This document shows, piece by piece, positions 62,462-64,000 of a DNA stretch of 64,000 nt. Both the position numbers and the translations under genes were made by a program. The stretch is from Longimicrobiales bacterium. Lineage in GTDB: Bacteria; Gemmatimonadota; Gemmatimonadetes; Longimicrobiales; Gaopeijiaceae. Each line of letters begins with the position of its first letter. Position 1 is the first letter of the stretch. The notes under the pieces are model-generated. The model did not search any database, was not told where the DNA came from, and saw nothing but the letters and a program-made list of their open reading frames with translations. Location: the NCBI GenBank assembly GCA_965226375.1, contig CBDDCX010000006.1, positions 64,001 through 128,000 on the forward strand. Direction: 5' to 3'.

Positions 62462-62688
62462 CGGGTGTCGCGATCCTCGCGGATGATTTCGGCGGCCGTT
62501 GGAGCACCGTACACCGGCCCCAATTCGTGAACACGTGCCACGACCTCGTCCACGCTCAGCCGTTGCAATTCCTTCTGCAGTGCTCGAAGTGCCAGATCGG
62601 ACAGGGTCACCCCTTCCATGGCCGCCTTGGCCTTGGCTCGGCGGTGCAGGTCCTCCGGCACATTGCGGATTTGGATCATGATAGACAT
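62458..62688 (-). CDS. vapB: FitA-like ribbon-helix-helix antitoxin
   Basis: IQIRNVPEDLHRRAKAKAAMEGVTLSD; overlaps the toxin start. Confidence 0.85.
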   Translation of the reverse strand: MSIMIQIRNVPEDLHRRAKAKAAMEGVTLSDLALRALQKELQRLSVDEVVARVHELGPVYGAPTAAEIIREDRDTR

Positions 62689-62723
62689 GTGAAAAGCATG
62701 TTAGCATGTGTAGCACATGTCAA
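62686..62723 (-). promoter_or_regulatory. vapBC promoter and operator
   Basis: TTGACA-17-CATGCT-6-ATG; four CATG cores at 62686, 62697, 62705 and 62716. Confidence 0.65.
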
Positions 62724-62855
62724 CGGCTGAACGTCTTACGGCACCTGTCTCCGTGGATTCAGCCGACCCCTCGGGTCGGTCAGGGTCTAGTTGAGGGCCG
62801 GGGCTCCAGCGTAAACAGCCTGTCCAACATCCGGGGTTCAACCGGTATTCCAACC

Positions 62856-62903
62856 ATATCGCACTGCGAAGTGTCCAACCCCTCGATATCGCAATGCGAA
62901 GTG
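62856..62903. promoter_or_regulatory. Tandem palindromic operator upstream of ADOP 3
   Basis: ATATCGCA(C/A)TGCGAAGTG at 62856 and 62886. Confidence 0.65.
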
Positions 62904-62928
62904 AGGAATGGACCGATCGGGGAGACGA

Positions 62929-64000
62929 ATGGATCGATCACCCAGGGGCATCTACAGGGCTCTACTCAGGGTCTATCCAGCCGCGTTCCGCCAACGCTTT
63001 GGCCAATCGATGGAGGTCGTCTTCGAGCGAGAGTGGAAGCGGGCTCGGATCGCGGGAACCCCGGCGGCGTTCGTGTTTTGGATCCGGCTCCTGGCGGATT
63101 CTTTCGTAAACGTTCCGCGCGAGTGGCTCGACGTCGCCGCGCACGAGGGGAAAGGGAGGGTGGGGATGATGCTCGAGAGTCTATGGCAGGATCTTCGATA
63201 CGGAATGCGGGGACTGGTGAGACGCCCTGCACTTACCTTGGTTTTGACCCTCACCCTGGGCCTCGGAATCGGGGGTGTGACGGCCATCCAATCGGTGCTG
63301 CGTGGGACGCTGTTGCGGGAGCTTCCGTACGACGCGCCCGATCGAATCCACATGTTCTGGAATGCCGGTTCATGGGCTCCAAGTGATCTGGCGGTCCTCG
63401 AGGAAGGCAGCCCGACGCTCTCTCTGGTGGCCGCCTACACCGAGACCCAGGTCGTGGTACAGAACGAGTCCGGCCCCGCGTCGGCCGAGGATGCCCTCCT
63501 TGTCTCCCACGACTTCTTCTCCGTGTTCGGTGTGGAGCTTCAAAGGGGACGCGACTTCGACGTATCGGACGAGGTCCGGGGAGCCCCGCCGGTCGCGGTG
63601 ATCACCCATGGCCTGTGGGTCGAGCTGGGTCAGAGACCCGATATGGTCGGCTCGACGCTGCGGATAGACGGTCAGGGCGTCGAGATCGTCGGGATCACCG
63701 CACCGGAATTCTACTTCCCGGACGAAGCGACGAGGATGTTTCGGCCGATGCAGGTCGATCGCACGAGCCGTGATCGCTACCTCAGCCTGATCACCCGAGT
63801 CTCGACAACGGCCACCCCCGAGACGCTCGCCGGCGAGGCGCAGCGCGTCGTGACGGTGCTCGGGCGGCAGATTGACAGTTTTTCCGATGCCGTTCGGCTG
63901 ACACCGGTTCGGCGCGCCATCTTCGGCCGTAATCGCGAGCCGATGATCCTGGTCGGGGGAGCGCTGGCGCTCGTGCTGCTCATGGCCGTCATCAACGTAG
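62929..64000 (+). CDS. ADOP-type ABC permease, partial (runs off the window, absent from the ORF track)
   Basis: GGAG RBS; MDRSPRGIYRALLRVYPAAFRQRFG..WQDLRYGMRGLVRRP..TLGLGIGGVTAI. Confidence 0.85.
   Translation, partial: MDRSPRGIYRALLRVYPAAFRQRFGQSMEVVFEREWKRARIAGTPAAFVFWIRLLADSFVNVPREWLDVAAHEGKGRVGMMLESLWQDLRYGMRGLVRRPALTLVLTLTLGLGIGGVTAIQSVLRGTLLRELPYDAPDRIHMFWNAGSWAPSDLAVLEEGSPTLSLVAAYTETQVVVQNESGPASAEDALLVSHDFFSVFGVELQRGRDFDVSDEVRGAPPVAVITHGLWVELGQRPDMVGSTLRIDGQGVEIVGITAPEFYFPDEATRMFRPMQVDRTSRDRYLSLITRVSTTATPETLAGEAQRVVTVLGRQIDSFSDAVRLTPVRRAIFGRNREPMILVGGALALVLLMAVINV

Overview
High-GC bacterial DNA. The gene content (three ADOP-type ABC permeases, two with PadR partners, DUF4159, DUF885, many lipoproteins) suggests Gemmatimonadota or Acidobacteriota; this is an inference. 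1-21.6 kb is mostly intact metabolic and envelope genes. It includes a tightly packed unit of an Omp85 barrel with a kinase-like domain, ppk1, a cyclase-less Pycsar-effector-like (DUF5706) membrane protein and an MBL hydrolase, with a divergent SixA-like phosphatase. This is the best candidate for an undescribed polyphosphate or nucleotide envelope system. About 22-42.7 kb is a heavily fragmented accessory island: IS256 with an 8-bp TSD, two inverted IS3 copies, IS1595 pieces, a tyrosine recombinase, a broken type I R-M/GmrSD-like operon with an embedded DUF433/PIN TA pair, glycosyltransferase, GMC, sulfatase and LicD genes, and a structured non-coding block. 42.8-64 kb holds three ADOP permease modules with different palindromic operators, marR-doxX split by a complete IS1595, D-amino-acid enzymes, an unannotated 53-aa ORF, a cupredoxin lipoprotein, TerC, a cysteine synthase-rhodanese fusion and a VapBC pair. 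Many abrupt junctions, microhomology deletions and collinear IS slivers inside hsdS suggest that part of the decay may be assembly or consensus artefact. No rRNA, tRNA or CRISPR array was seen.
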